Source of the DNA: Clostridia bacterium
Lineage (GTDB): Bacteria > Bacillota > Clostridia > Oscillospirales > SIG627
Length of the DNA stretch: 64,000 bases
Direction: 5' to 3'
NCBI GenBank assembly: GCA_017507325.1
Contig: JAFWBD010000042.1
Coordinates: 1,979 to 65,978 of the forward strand
Of the stretch, positions 47,507-57,769 are shown one piece after another. Position numbers and translations under genes: made by a program. Below the pieces are notes generated by a model, which searched no databases, was not told the origin of the DNA, and saw nothing but the letters and a program-made list of their open reading frames with translations. Each line of letters begins with the position of its first letter. The stretch's first letter is position 1.

Positions 47507-48412
47507 TTATTCGTTTTCGGAATGCCGCCGCGCCATGGCCGCTTCCACCTCATCCCTTCGGGGAATGGAAACGGAGGCACCGCGGCGGGAAACCGCAATG
47601 GCGGCGGCAAGGGAAGCGCGGGACAGGATCTCTTGCGGGGGCAGCCCCTCGAAAAGACCCGCAATAAAATAGCCCGTGAAGGTATCGCCCGCGGCCGTGG
47701 TATCCACCGCCTCTGCGGGATAGGCCTTTTGGGGATGGAGCGATTTTCCGTCCCAGAATAGGCTTCCCTCCTCACCCAAGGTCAGCATCAATTGGGTGCG
47801 GGGGTATTTCTTTTTCAGGCGCTCCAGGGCGGCCAAGGGCTCCTTTTCTCCCGAAAGGAGGGCCGCCTCCGTTTCGTTGAGAATGAGGACCGAAACCGAG
47901 GAAAGATCCGCGGCAAGCAGGGCCTCGTTGCAGGGGGAGGGATTTAAAAGGATCCGAAGACCTCTTTTTTCGGCCTCCTTCAAAATGAATTCGGTTTTAG
48001 CCAATTCGTTCTGCAGAAGGATCCAGTCTCCCGCCTCAAAATGGGAAAGGGTCTCGGTCACGTCCTCCTCGCGGATCTCGCCGTTTGCTCCGGGATAGAC
48101 CAAAATGCAGTTTTCGCCGTGCTTTGTGACCTGAATGACGGCGTGACCGCTTTTTTCCGAGCTTTGCTTGACCCAATCGGTATTCACCCCGTTCTCGCGG
48201 AGAAGCTCCAAAAGAAAATCCCCGTCCGCACCCACGCAGCCTGCGTGGAAAACCGAGAGTCCCGCCTTGGCCAAGGCAATGGATTGATTCAGCCCCTTGC
48301 CCCCGGGAAAGACCGCAAGGGCTTCGGCCGCCTCGGTCTCGCCCTCGGTGACGATGTGATCCAAGGTGTAAACGTTATCGACGTTGCAGGAGCCGTAGTT
48401 TAATATTTTCAT
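47507..48412 (-). CDS. rbsK: Ribokinase (PfkB family)
   Basis: …PGGKGLNQS… and …DTTAAGDTF… motifs. Start at ATG 48412 with an AAGGAGG RBS and an ATGA overlap with the esterase gene. The track start at 48598 is rejected. Confidence 0.85.
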   Translation of the reverse strand: MKILNYGSCNVDNVYTLDHIVTEGETEAAEALAVFPGGKGLNQSIALAKAGLSVFHAGCVGADGDFLLELLRENGVNTDWVKQSSEKSGHAVIQVTKHGENCILVYPGANGEIREEDVTETLSHFEAGDWILLQNELAKTEFILKEAEKRGLRILLNPSPCNEALLAADLSSVSVLILNETEAALLSGEKEPLAALERLKKKYPRTQLMLTLGEEGSLFWDGKSLHPQKAYPAEAVDTTAAGDTFTGYFIAGLFEGLPPQEILSRASLAAAIAVSRRGASVSIPRRDEVEAAMARRHSENE

Positions 48413-49215
48413 CGGGCACCCTCCTTGGTGGAGTTCTTCGGGAAATAATACCGCAGAGCGCGATCCAAATGCAGATCCCACCATTTCCAGCTGTGATTCC
48501 CCTCGGATTCCTCGTAAAAATGGGGAACCTTGAGACGATTCAAATGGGCGTCGAAGGAACGGTTGATCCCAATAAGGCCGTCCTCCGTGCCGCACCACAG
48601 ATAAAAATCGGGCAGGGTCACCCCGCTCTTCGTTTGCTTTTCGGCAAGGGAAAACAGATCGTGCTCCGTTCCCTCCAAATCGAGAGGAGAGGTCAGATCA
48701 AAGCCGAAGATCCCCCGCCAATTCTCAAGGTCCACACTTCTGCCCTTGCGGGTTACGTCCAGGGAGCCGGAGAGGGAAATGCAGGCGCCAAAGCGCTCGG
48801 GATAGGTAAGAGCCGCCTTCACGGCGCCGTATCCGCCCATGGAATTCCCCGCCACCAGATTTTTTTCCTTCTTCGTGCTGATCCCGCGGAAATAGCGGGC
48901 GCAAACGTCGGGCAATTCCTCCCCGACAAAGCTTAAAAAGCCTTTGCCGTAGGCGGTATCGGTATACCAGTTGTTGCCCACCTCGGGCATCACAATGGCA
49001 ATGCCGTAGTGCTTGCAGTACAGATCCACGTCCGTTCTGCGAAGCCAGGTGGTGTGATCGGAGGACATTCCGTGAAACAGATACAGCGTGGAAAATTCCC
49101 CCTCGGGCGCCCCCGCACCCTCCTCCTTTTTTTCGATCTCGGGCAACAGCACGTTCACCGTGGTCGGAGTTTTCAATGCCTTGGAAAAATAATTGAATTC
49201 CAAAAATGCCGCCAT
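48409..49215 (-). CDS. Esterase-D/CE1-type serine esterase
   Basis: …LYLFHGMSSDHT.W… and nucleophile elbow GNSMGG; 268 aa. Confidence 0.75.
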   Translation of the reverse strand: MAAFLEFNYFSKALKTPTTVNVLLPEIEKKEEGAGAPEGEFSTLYLFHGMSSDHTTWLRRTDVDLYCKHYGIAIVMPEVGNNWYTDTAYGKGFLSFVGEELPDVCARYFRGISTKKEKNLVAGNSMGGYGAVKAALTYPERFGACISLSGSLDVTRKGRSVDLENWRGIFGFDLTSPLDLEGTEHDLFSLAEKQTKSGVTLPDFYLWCGTEDGLIGINRSFDAHLNRLKVPHFYEESEGNHSWKWWDLHLDRALRYYFPKNSTKEGAR

Positions 49216-49382
49216 TTTTCTTCCCCCCTTCTTTCGGGCCGCACCCCTTCCGATGCCCCCTTTTTCTGCCTCCTATTTTACCATATCCCCCTTTTCGGGT
49301 CAAGGAAAAAATGAGGGGTAGGATTTTGGATCCTTCGGATCAAGAAGGAGAGGAGAAAATGCGCGAAAAGTGGAAATAGGTC

Positions 49383-49411
49383 TTTACTTTTGCGGGAAAA
49401 TGGGGTATAAT
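49383..49411 (+). promoter_or_regulatory. Candidate sigma-A promoter of pfp
   Basis: TTTACT-17 nt-TATAAT. Confidence 0.55.
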
Positions 49412-49454
49412 TTGTGAGAAAATAACTTTTTTGTCAAAAGGAGTGTACAGTAAT

Positions 49455-51116
49455 ATGAAACTTTCCCCTCTGCAGAAGGTGAGATACCGGTATCAGCCCA
49501 AGCTTCCCGGCATGCTCCGCGGCGGTATTTCCGAGATCTGCGTAAAATCCGGTGCGGCCACCGAGAGTGTGGCGGATCAGGAGAAGATCCAAGCCTTGTT
49601 CCCCAACACCTACGGCAAGAATGAGATCACCTTTACGGTGGGCAAAAACAATGCCGAAGCCAAAAAGCAGGTGGTGGGCGTGATTTTGTCCGGCGGTCAG
49701 GCACCCGGCGGCCACAACGTGATCTGCGGCCTTTACGATGCCTTGAAGGCAGGCGGCAAGGACAACGTGCTCTACGGCTTCAAGGGCGGCCCCAGCGGTC
49801 TTCTGGAGGACGATTACGTGATCTTTGACGATGAATACATCGACGCTTACCGCAATACCGGCGGCTTTGATATCATCGGCTCCGGCAGAACCAAATTGGA
49901 AACGGCCGAGCAGTTTGCCGTGGTGGCCGAGGTTTGCAAGAAGCACGGCATCACCGCCATCGTCATCATCGGCGGTGACGATTCCAACACCAACGCCGCC
50001 GTTTTGGCCGAGTATTTTGCCGCCAACAACACCGGCGTTCAGGTGATCGGCTGTCCCAAGACCATTGACGGCGACTTGAAGAACGAGGATATTGAGTGCT
50101 CCTTCGGCTTCGATACCGCCACCAAGACCTATGCCGAGATCATCGGTAACATTGAGAGAGACGCCAATTCCGCCAAGAAATATTGGCACTTTGTTAAGGT
50201 CATGGGCCGCTCCGCCTCCCACGTGGCATTGGAGTGTGCTTTGCAGACCCGCCCCAACGTTTGCTTGGTGGGTGAGGAGATCGCCGCCAAGAAGATGTCC
50301 CTGGCTCAGATCGCCGATTACATTGCCGATTCCGTGGCAAGCCGCGCCGAGACCTGCGGCAACTTCGGTGTTGCCATCATCCCCGAGGGAATCGTGGAAT
50401 TCGTTCCCGAATTCTCTGTGCTCATTGCCGAGATCAACGAGCTTCTGGCCGGTGAAAAGACCGATGCCTTCAACGCCCTTCCCACTTGGGAGGAGAAATA
50501 CGCCTTCATTCAAAAGGGCCTGACCGCAGAATCCATGGCGGTGTTTGCCATCCTTCCCGAGGCCATTCAGCAGCAGCTTTTCCTGGAGCGCGATCCCCAC
50601 GGAAACGTTCAGGTTTCTCTCATTGAATCCGAAAAGCTCTTCTCCGCTCTGGTGAAGGACAATTTGGCCGCCCGCAAGGCCAAGGGGACCTACAAGGGCA
50701 AATTCTCTCCCTTGCATCACTTCCTGGGCTACGAGGGACGCTGTGCATTCCCCTCCAATTTTGATGCCGACTACTGCTATTCCTTGGGCTATAACGCCTT
50801 TATGCTGATCCAGTACGGCTACAACGGATACCTTTCCAAGGTTTCCAACCTCAGCCATCCCGCCGAGGAGTGGGTGGCAGGCGGTATGCCCATCACCAAG
50901 ATGATGAACATCGAGAGAAGAAACGGTAAGGATAAGCCCGTAATCCGCAAGGCTCTTGTGGAATTGGACGGCAAGCCCTTCCGCTATTTTGCCGCTCACA
51001 GAGAAGAGTGGGCCAAGAATACCTGCTACGTATATCCCGGTGCCATTCAGTATTTCGGACCCACCGAGGTGTGCGACACCACCACGGTGACCCTTGCCTT
51101 GGAGCAGGGCGAATAA
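49455..51116 (+). CDS. pfp: Diphosphate-fructose-6-phosphate 1-phosphotransferase (PPi-dependent PFK, long type)
   Basis: …[15 protein letters not shown]…, …[12 protein letters not shown]…, …PKTIDGDL…; about 553 aa. Start at ATG 49455. Confidence 0.9.
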   Translation: MKLSPLQKVRYRYQPKLPGMLRGGISEICVKSGAATESVADQEKIQALFPNTYGKNEITFTVGKNNAEAKKQVVGVILSGGQAPGGHNVICGLYDALKAGGKDNVLYGFKGGPSGLLEDDYVIFDDEYIDAYRNTGGFDIIGSGRTKLETAEQFAVVAEVCKKHGITAIVIIGGDDSNTNAAVLAEYFAANNTGVQVIGCPKTIDGDLKNEDIECSFGFDTATKTYAEIIGNIERDANSAKKYWHFVKVMGRSASHVALECALQTRPNVCLVGEEIAAKKMSLAQIADYIADSVASRAETCGNFGVAIIPEGIVEFVPEFSVLIAEINELLAGEKTDAFNALPTWEEKYAFIQKGLTAESMAVFAILPEAIQQQLFLERDPHGNVQVSLIESEKLFSALVKDNLAARKAKGTYKGKFSPLHHFLGYEGRCAFPSNFDADYCYSLGYNAFMLIQYGYNGYLSKVSNLSHPAEEWVAGGMPITKMMNIERRNGKDKPVIRKALVELDGKPFRYFAAHREEWAKNTCYVYPGAIQYFGPTEVCDTTTVTLALEQGE

Positions 51117-51138
51117 AAAGTCCCCGAAAAATGACAGA

Positions 51139-51173
51139 GCCGACACGGCAAAAGCCGTGTCGGCCCTTTTTTT
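51139..51173. terminator. Rho-independent terminator between convergent genes
   Basis: 11-bp stem gccgacacggc/gccgtgtcggc with loop aaaa, followed by ccttttttt. Confidence 0.8.
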
Positions 51174-51178
51174 GCGGG

Positions 51179-52105
51179 TCAGCGGAACAAAGCGCAGGCT
51201 TTTTCGGCGATCTCCCTCTCGGATGGTTCTTTTTTCTCGGGAACAAAGGCGGTGTAGCTTGTGACCTCCGAAACGGTTTCTCCGTCGATCTGCAGAGGCG
51301 TGGGGCGATCAAAGGACACGGTGATGGATTTTCCCGTATAGATATGAACCGCATCGCTGTGCAAAACGTGCGTTCCCTTAAAAATGGAGGGGAAGATCCC
51401 CAGGGTGCGCAATTTTCCCGCTCCGCCGAAGACCATCAGTGAAAGGGTGCCTCCTTCGGTGCGATCCTGCTTGGGGGTGGGGATCATACCGCCGCCGTAG
51501 CAGCGGCCGTGCATGGTGGGAGCCAGCCATACCCTTTGATGGGAAAAGCGTTTTCCGTCTACGGTGACGGTGGCATTGACGGGCTGAAAGTGAAACAAAA
51601 GCCCCGAAACGGCGATGGCGGCGTAGTTAATCTTCGGCTTTTTCTTGCCCTTTTCGGCGGCGGCCCCCTTGATTCGGTCGCCTTTTTCACAGCAGTAGCC
51701 GTCGATCCCGAAGCCCACTCCGTTGATGAAACGAAGGGTTTTTCCCTTGACCGTCACGCAGGGAAGATCCGTCAGGTATTTTTTGACGGGAAAGGGGTCG
51801 CAGCCCTTGGAATGTCCCAGATCGGCGGCAAAATCGTTTCCCGTGCCGCAGGGGTAATACAGGATCTCGCCTTCAAAGGAAGCGAGGTCCGTTTCGTTGA
51901 CAAAACGGTTTAAGGTGCCGTCTCCTCCGCAAAGGATCAGAAGATCGTCCTTTGCCAGCCCCTCCAGAAAAACGCGGAAATTTCGGATGCGGGAGATCTC
52001 AAGATAAATGAATTTTCCGTCCAAAACAAAATCCAGAAAGGAGAAGCTCTCCTCGGTGCCGCCTTCTCCTGCGGCGGAATTGTACAATACGTAGCCTTTT
52101 TTCAT
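51179..52105 (-). CDS. Diacylglycerol/lipid kinase (DAGK_cat, YegS-like)
   Basis: …LILCGGDGTLNRFVN… catalytic motif. Start at ATG 52105 (MKKGYVLYN). Confidence 0.8.
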   Translation of the reverse strand: MKKGYVLYNSAAGEGGTEESFSFLDFVLDGKFIYLEISRIRNFRVFLEGLAKDDLLILCGGDGTLNRFVNETDLASFEGEILYYPCGTGNDFAADLGHSKGCDPFPVKKYLTDLPCVTVKGKTLRFINGVGFGIDGYCCEKGDRIKGAAAEKGKKKPKINYAAIAVSGLLFHFQPVNATVTVDGKRFSHQRVWLAPTMHGRCYGGGMIPTPKQDRTEGGTLSLMVFGGAGKLRTLGIFPSIFKGTHVLHSDAVHIYTGKSITVSFDRPTPLQIDGETVSEVTSYTAFVPEKKEPSEREIAEKACALFR

Positions 52106-52830
52106 CACAGATCTCCTTTCGGCATTTCGGTGCCTTTTTTTTGCTTTCGTTTTTTCCTGCAATCGGAACAAAAGAGGCCGAGGGCGGCAAGGACTGCGCC
52201 CGCGCTTTCATAAAGCATATCGGCCATGGTATCGAAAAGGCCGATATCCAGATAGCCCGTGATGGGCAGAGGGGCGCCGTTGACCGAAAGAGAGGTGATG
52301 TTGCTCAGCTTCCCCACGTTTCCGATGCCGCTTCCCAGATAGGTGGAATGGATGCTGTGGATCAGCGTATCCATTTGAGAATCGGTTCCGAAGAGAACGT
52401 CCGAGAAGAACTCGCCGAATTCCCAAAATACGCTGACGGAAACGGAAAAGAAAAGGGCAAAGGCGGCGCAAATCACAGGAGAGGGCTTTTGCTTGGTGCT
52501 CCCTACGGCCAGATATCCCAGCAAGGCGAAGACAAGACCGCCCGAAAAATGAAGCAATTTATCCCAATGAGGAACGGTATGATAGAAAAGATAGCATTTG
52601 CCCAGCATCGGCCCCAAGGCATAGAAAAGGCAAAATAGGTACAGCGGCAGAGGGAGAGTTTTCTTCAAAAGCTTTTCCAGCACAAAGGGAGCCCACACGA
52701 AAAGCAGGGTGAGAGCCGCCATGGAAATTTTTCCGAAGCCTTTGTTTGCCATCAGAAAAAGGGTAACGAGGGCGAAGACGGAGGCGGACAAGGTGAGAAG
52801 CGGGCGTAAAGCCTTGGTGGAAAGCTTCAC
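52105..52830 (-). CDS. Polytopic membrane protein (YjdF/DUF2238-like, tentative)
   Basis: About 241 aa and 6-7 TM helices. GTG 52830 follows a GAGGAGG RBS and overlaps the pgsA stop (GTGA). The long track ORF to 53136 is rejected. Confidence 0.55.
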   Translation of the reverse strand: MKLSTKALRPLLTLSASVFALVTLFLMANKGFGKISMAALTLLFVWAPFVLEKLLKKTLPLPLYLFCLFYALGPMLGKCYLFYHTVPHWDKLLHFSGGLVFALLGYLAVGSTKQKPSPVICAAFALFFSVSVSVFWEFGEFFSDVLFGTDSQMDTLIHSIHSTYLGSGIGNVGKLSNITSLSVNGAPLPITGYLDIGLFDTMADMLYESAGAVLAALGLFCSDCRKKRKQKKGTEMPKGDL

Positions 52831-53390
52831 AGCGAGACCTCCTCTTTTTTTAAGGCCTTCAGATGCATGTTTCCGTAGCAAACGGCGGAATACAGCATGG
52901 CGATGACGGAAAGTCCGATCAGAGCATCGGAGAACCAAGGAGAAATTTCGGGGAGGATCAGATGGAGCCCCACGGTGCAATACAGAAGGGCCGTGGTCAG
53001 CTTCCCGTGCCAAACGGCACCCTCGATCTTTCGCTGTTTTCGGATGCTGCAAAGGGCTAAAATACCCGTGAAGATCTCTTTTGCCGCCAAAAGGCAGGCG
53101 GGAAAAAGCATATGGGGAAATTGCAGTGTCAGGCATAACAGGGTCGAAAATTGAGTCAGCTTATCCGCCACGGGATCCAGTGCCTTGCCCAGATCGCTGA
53201 CCGCGTGGAATCGGCGAGCGATATAGCCGTCGGCCAGATCCGAAAGGCCCGAGAGCAGCACCAAAAGAAAAGCGAGGGTGGAATTTTTGCGGACAAGAAA
53301 AGCCCAAACGATGGCAGGGATCATAACAAGGCGAAGCAGGGTGATCCCGTTGGGAAGGGTGAAAATTTTGTTTTTGGCCGTTTTCATCAA
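52827..53390 (-). CDS. pgsA: CDP-alcohol phosphatidyltransferase (PgsA-like)
   Basis: Motif DLADGYIARRFHAVSDLGKALDPVADK, which fits D-G-x2-A-R-x8-G-x3-D-x3-D. Confidence 0.8.
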   Translation of the reverse strand: MMKTAKNKIFTLPNGITLLRLVMIPAIVWAFLVRKNSTLAFLLVLLSGLSDLADGYIARRFHAVSDLGKALDPVADKLTQFSTLLCLTLQFPHMLFPACLLAAKEIFTGILALCSIRKQRKIEGAVWHGKLTTALLYCTVGLHLILPEISPWFSDALIGLSVIAMLYSAVCYGNMHLKALKKEEVSL

Positions 53391-53569
53391 AAATACTCCT
53401 TTTCCGTTTGATCCCTACTGTAATCCTCTTTTTTCAACAAAAGCTCAACGGAAGATCAACTTTTGTTGAAAAAACGCAGCTTTTCGAAAAAAATTGCAAG
53501 AAAAAGAAGGATCCATCTCAAGAAATGAATCCTTCCCGAAAAAAAGAAGTGCTTGACGTGAAAAACGTA

Positions 53570-54616
53570 TTATAATATGACCGTAAAGCGGCAACCGCCC
53601 TCTGCGCGGTTTTCGGCCGTAATGCTTCCCCCTGCGATGGAGAGAATCTTTTTCACCAAGGGGAGGCCCAAGCCGTTTCCCTCCTGCTTATGGGAGCTGT
53701 CCCCTTGATAGAATTTGTCGAAAAGGTGCTTTTCGGCTTCCTCGGAGAGGCCGGGACCGAAGTCATCAATGACAAAGCGGATCCGATCCCCCTCTTTTTT
53801 TAAATTCAGGAGGATGCGTCCCCCTTCGGGGCTGAATTTGACGGCGTTGCCCACCAAATTGGAAAACACGTGATACATCAGCGGCTCGGATCCGAAATAG
53901 GAGATCGCCTCCAGATCCGCCTCCGGCTCCAGATGCTTCTTCTCCCATTCCTCCGCCGTATCCACCAAAACCGAGCGGATCTGCTCATCCAAGGAAAAAT
54001 GGCGGCAGTGGGTCTGAATGGATTGATTCTCGATCTTGGATAACAACAGGATCCCCGAGACCAAGGTGGAAAGACGGGCGGTGTTGAAGCGGATCTTCTC
54101 CACGTATTCCGATTGCTCCTCGCTCAGAGGCTCGCTTTCCGCAAGCAAAGCGGAATAGCCCTCAATGGCGGACAGCGGGGTTTTGAATTCGTGGGAAACG
54201 TTGGAAACGAAATCACTTTGGAGGATCTCGGTGGCTTGCAGCTCCTTTACCATCATATGAAAGCCCGCGAAAACCTCACGGATCTCCGCCGAGGAGGAAT
54301 GGGTCTCCAGATGCACGGTAAAATCGCCCTTGGCCACCCGCGCCATCCCTTCCCGCAGGGTTTTGATGGGATCGAAAAAGATCTTGGAGAGGAAAACGGT
54401 GGAGACCGTGGCCACCACGAAGCTGAACAGATTCAGCTGAATGATCTGAGGGATCCCCGCAAAGGCGGGAAACAGACGCCCGATCAGTGCAGAGAAGAAA
54501 AAGGCGATGAGAATGCTTCCCAGCACCACCACGCCCACCAGAAGGGTCAGACGGGTTCTGAGGCTGAAACGGATCTTCTTTGCTTTTTTCGGCAAGGTAA
54601 TGGAAGCTTTTTTCAT
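53570..54616 (-). CDS. Sensor histidine kinase (2 TM, HAMP, HisKA, HATPase_c)
   Basis: H-box SHEFKTPLSAI, N-box …NLVGNAVKF and G-boxes …DDFGPGL…GNGLGL. ATGA overlap with the response-regulator gene. Confidence 0.85.
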   Translation of the reverse strand: MKKASITLPKKAKKIRFSLRTRLTLLVGVVVLGSILIAFFFSALIGRLFPAFAGIPQIIQLNLFSFVVATVSTVFLSKIFFDPIKTLREGMARVAKGDFTVHLETHSSSAEIREVFAGFHMMVKELQATEILQSDFVSNVSHEFKTPLSAIEGYSALLAESEPLSEEQSEYVEKIRFNTARLSTLVSGILLLSKIENQSIQTHCRHFSLDEQIRSVLVDTAEEWEKKHLEPEADLEAISYFGSEPLMYHVFSNLVGNAVKFSPEGGRILLNLKKEGDRIRFVIDDFGPGLSEEAEKHLFDKFYQGDSSHKQEGNGLGLPLVKKILSIAGGSITAENRAEGGCRFTVIL

Positions 54617-55284
54617 GGCCTTGTCACCTTATAGCCCACGCCGCGAATGGTGACGATCTTGAAATCGGGATTGTCCTGAAAGCGCTCTCTGAGCCGCCCG
54701 ATGTGAACGTCTACGGTGTGGGTGTCGCTTTCCGAATCGTAGCCCCAGATATCATCCATCAGCTGTTGGCGGGTGAAAATCCTGCCGGGAAAGGATGCCA
54801 TTTTATAAAGGAGCAGGAATTCCTTTTGGGGAAGAACGGTGGTTTTTTTGCCGTCGAATACCGTAAAGCCGTCGTATTCCAAAACGGTTTGCCCGATCTC
54901 CTGCCGCCGCTCGCTGACCATACGGGCTCTTCGCAAAAGGGCCCGGACCCGAAGCAGCATTTCGTTGACGTTGACGGGCTTGACCATATAATCGTCCGTT
55001 CCGGAAAGAAAGCCTTGGCGCAGATCGTCAAAGCTGTCCTTGGCGGTGATCATCAGAACGGGGGTGCAGTACCCGCTTTCCCGCAGAAGGCGCACCAATT
55101 CGTACCCGTCGAGAACGGGCATCATCACGTCGGAAATGATCAGATCGAAGGAATCGGTCTCCATGGCATCCAGCGCCGCTTTGCCGTTTGACACCTCCTT
55201 GACCTTGTATCCGTTTTTCAATAGCACGTGGGCAAACAGCCGACGGAGCTCCGAATCATCCTCTGCAATCAAAACGTTCAGCAT
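54613..55284 (-). CDS. OmpR/PhoB-family response regulator
   Basis: Receiver domain (…IAEDD…DLIISDVMMP…) and a winged-helix C-terminus (…VDVHIGRLRERF…IVTIRGVGYK). Confidence 0.9.
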   Translation of the reverse strand: MLNVLIAEDDSELRRLFAHVLLKNGYKVKEVSNGKAALDAMETDSFDLIISDVMMPVLDGYELVRLLRESGYCTPVLMITAKDSFDDLRQGFLSGTDDYMVKPVNVNEMLLRVRALLRRARMVSERRQEIGQTVLEYDGFTVFDGKKTTVLPQKEFLLLYKMASFPGRIFTRQQLMDDIWGYDSESDTHTVDVHIGRLRERFQDNPDFKIVTIRGVGYKVTRP

Positions 55285-55352
55285 TTTTTCTCCTCCTCTC
55301 GCCTCTATCCTACAAAAAGAAGATCAACTCATTTTGAACGAAAGAGAAAAAC

Positions 55353-56834
55353 TCAGAGCATTTCGGCCACGGCGGTTCCGTGATATTCCTTCAGAAAATC
55401 CTCCGCCTTCTTTTCCATGGCGATGACAGCCGTATTCCCGCGGAAGGAAAAGGTGAAGAGGGCATTCCCCAAATATCGATCGATGATCTGAAGCTTGAGG
55501 AGCAATTTTGATTCTTCTCCCCAAATGCCCGAGACGGCGCAGTCATAGCGGTAGCCCTCTGTGTTCGGAAGGCCTGCGTGAAGGGTGGGGTAGCCGTCCT
55601 GAGGGAATTTTGAGAATACGTTTTTCCCCATTCCGAACAAAAGACACTTTTCTCCCTGGGCATTTTCATAGTGGAATTCTCCCGTTTGATCCTCGCGGAA
55701 CACGAAAGAGAAACGGCGGATCCCCATGGGGTTCTCCCGACAAACGAAGGTTTTGCCTTGAATGCGGTTTTGCTCCTCGGAAAAGCTTTTTCCCCGAAGG
55801 TGCATCAGCTGCAGAGAGGCGGCAAAGCGTCGGCAGGACAAGGCCGCCTTGGGATTTGCCTTCAGCGGATGAGGGTGCAAATGATCGACAATGATCTCGA
55901 ACAGGGCGCTTTCGATGAGGTTCTTGGCGGAATCGAAGCCCTGGTTATCGGCGGTGCAGGTGAAGAGAAAATTTTTTTCGGGCAGACAAACGGTGAGTTG
56001 ACAGCCCATTCCGTTGAAGGCAAAGCCGCCTTCTCGGGTGCCCCAGATCAAATAGCCGTAGCCTTGGGTGAAGGCACTCGCAAAGCCGATTCGGTCGTTA
56101 TACACTTTGGGGGAAGTGGCCTTGCGGATGAAATCTTCTCCCATCAAGCGCTTTCCCTGCCAAACGCCGCCGTTCATCAAAAGCCTTCCGAAGGAGGCCA
56201 TATCGCGGGTGGTGCACAAAAGAGCGGAATCTCCGAAGCTGTCCTCCGTTTTCGTTTTCAGTATTTCGGCATTGCGGAAGCTGCCCATATGGGAAAAGAG
56301 GCGCTCACGGAGAAATTCCATCAGCGGCATTCCCGAAAGCTTTTCTACAAGAACAGATAGAAGCTGAGAGCCGGGACTATCGTATTTCCAAAGCATTCCT
56401 CCGGGATGATCGGCGGAATTTTCGGCAAAATACAGATGAACGCGGTCCGGATCGGCGTGGGTGAACCAGCGGGGCGTTTCTCCTGCGGTCTCCATGGTCA
56501 ACAGATCCCGAACGGTCAGCTCTTCCAGATACGGTGGCAAGATCCTTCCATCGGTTTTTTCGGGAAAATGATCGGCGATGCAATCCGAAAGGGAAATTTT
56601 TCCGTCCTCGATCAAAAGTCCCACCGCAATGCCCACGAAGCTCTTGGTTTGAGAATACATCCGATGGCAAAAATCCCGATGGAAGGGCTTCCAATAGGCC
56701 TCGGCAAAAATATCGTCGCCTCTCATCATCAGAACGCTGTGCATCACAAGTCCGCGGCGCTCCAAGGCCTTGAGAAACTGCAAAACGTAGCGGGAGGAAA
56801 TTCCCGCCTCTTCGGGGGAAACGGTTTTAAACAT
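55353..56834 (-). CDS. Serine hydrolase of the beta-lactamase/class-C esterase family with a C-terminal extra domain
   Basis: SxxK motif (YSQTKSF) at the expected N-terminal position; 493 aa. Confidence 0.75.
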   Translation of the reverse strand: MFKTVSPEEAGISSRYVLQFLKALERRGLVMHSVLMMRGDDIFAEAYWKPFHRDFCHRMYSQTKSFVGIAVGLLIEDGKISLSDCIADHFPEKTDGRILPPYLEELTVRDLLTMETAGETPRWFTHADPDRVHLYFAENSADHPGGMLWKYDSPGSQLLSVLVEKLSGMPLMEFLRERLFSHMGSFRNAEILKTKTEDSFGDSALLCTTRDMASFGRLLMNGGVWQGKRLMGEDFIRKATSPKVYNDRIGFASAFTQGYGYLIWGTREGGFAFNGMGCQLTVCLPEKNFLFTCTADNQGFDSAKNLIESALFEIIVDHLHPHPLKANPKAALSCRRFAASLQLMHLRGKSFSEEQNRIQGKTFVCRENPMGIRRFSFVFREDQTGEFHYENAQGEKCLLFGMGKNVFSKFPQDGYPTLHAGLPNTEGYRYDCAVSGIWGEESKLLLKLQIIDRYLGNALFTFSFRGNTAVIAMEKKAEDFLKEYHGTAVAEML

Positions 56835-57636
56835 CGCCTTCTTCCTTTCTTTTTCTCCCCTCGGTGGGGGAGACGTGATAGATCCTTTTGTATTGCTTGG
56901 AAAAGTAATTGCTGTCGGTAAAGCCGCAGCTTAAGGCAATTTCGGAAATTTTGAGATGGCTCTTTTCCTTTAAAAGCGTATCGGCTCTCTGAAGACGGTA
57001 AATATTCAGGTATTCGTTGAAGCCAAAGCCCGTTTCCCGCTTGAAGGTACGGGAAAGGTGCTCGGGGCTGACGTAGCAAAGCCTTGCCGCCTCCTTTAAG
57101 CTGACGCTTTCCGAATAATGCCCGTGGATATAAGAAACGGCTTTTTCCGCAATGCCAACCTCATCCTGCAGGGGCGATGCCACCTTGGCTTCTCGGATGA
57201 CCGTCAGCAGAATACGGGCCAAAAGGGAGCGGACCTCGTCCTCCGAAAATTCATCGGGGGAGCGGTATTCCCTTTGAATGGCCAGAAAATCTTCTCTCAG
57301 CTCGGCATTTTGCTCCTCTGACCTTACGATATGGGGGTGGGCGGCAAAATGCTTTAAGACGGAAGGGGGGATAAAGGCGGGAGAGCAGTTGATCAGAAAA
57401 CGGGAATGATTTTCGGATTCGTAATTGGTTTTGTGAATCACCCCCCGCGGGATCAGGGCAAGATCCCCTGCGGTGAGAAGATACGATTTTTTATCGATGA
57501 AATAGCGGCATTTTCCCTTTGCCAGATAATAAATCTCGTAACACTTGTGGTAATGGATCTCGGTTTTTTTAGAATCGGTATGCTCCAAATATTCAAAGAA
57601 AAAGTTTCTTTTGGAAAAAAGGGCTTGGTTTTCCAT
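56827..57636 (-). CDS. AraC-family regulator (cupin sensor plus HTH)
   Basis: N-terminal cupin-like region (…HYHKCYEIYYL…G) and a C-terminal AraC HTH (…GFTDSNYFSKQYKRIYHVSP). Confidence 0.8.
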   Translation of the reverse strand: MENQALFSKRNFFFEYLEHTDSKKTEIHYHKCYEIYYLAKGKCRYFIDKKSYLLTAGDLALIPRGVIHKTNYESENHSRFLINCSPAFIPPSVLKHFAAHPHIVRSEEQNAELREDFLAIQREYRSPDEFSEDEVRSLLARILLTVIREAKVASPLQDEVGIAEKAVSYIHGHYSESVSLKEAARLCYVSPEHLSRTFKRETGFGFNEYLNIYRLQRADTLLKEKSHLKISEIALSCGFTDSNYFSKQYKRIYHVSPTEGRKRKEEGDV

Positions 57637-57769
57637 GGTGCACCTCCAAGGGCATTATAGAAAAAAGCATCAAAAAAATCAAGACTTTTTCCGAATTACA
57701 TCAAATATATCAAGGAAATGCAGTATAAATTTGATCTATGATAAAGAAAACAAAAAGGGGGAAGGCAAT

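Noticed and set aside
49434-51146. 570-aa ORF on the - strand
   Set aside because: It is antisense to the PPi-phosphofructokinase gene, which has unambiguous motifs. The translation is G/L/V/H-rich junk.
53431-53535. Two hairpins between the histidine kinase and pgsA genes as terminators (ttcaacaaaag/cttttgttgaa, and gaaggat/atccttc at 53506-53535)
   Set aside because: The first lacks a downstream U-tract on either strand. The second has only a 7-bp stem with a 16-nt loop. This is too weak to annotate with confidence, although some termination after the kinase gene is likely.
57611-57769. N-terminal extensions given by the ORF track. Examples are 57611 for GH4, 48598 for ribokinase, 53136 for the membrane protein, 12513 for folD, 42362 for the lipoprotein, 16947 for the portal and 63336 for GDPD.
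   Set aside because: In each case an internal ATG or GTG preceded by a strong AGGAGG-type RBS gives the canonical family N-terminus. The extensions are basic or low-complexity and overlap upstream genes or promoters.
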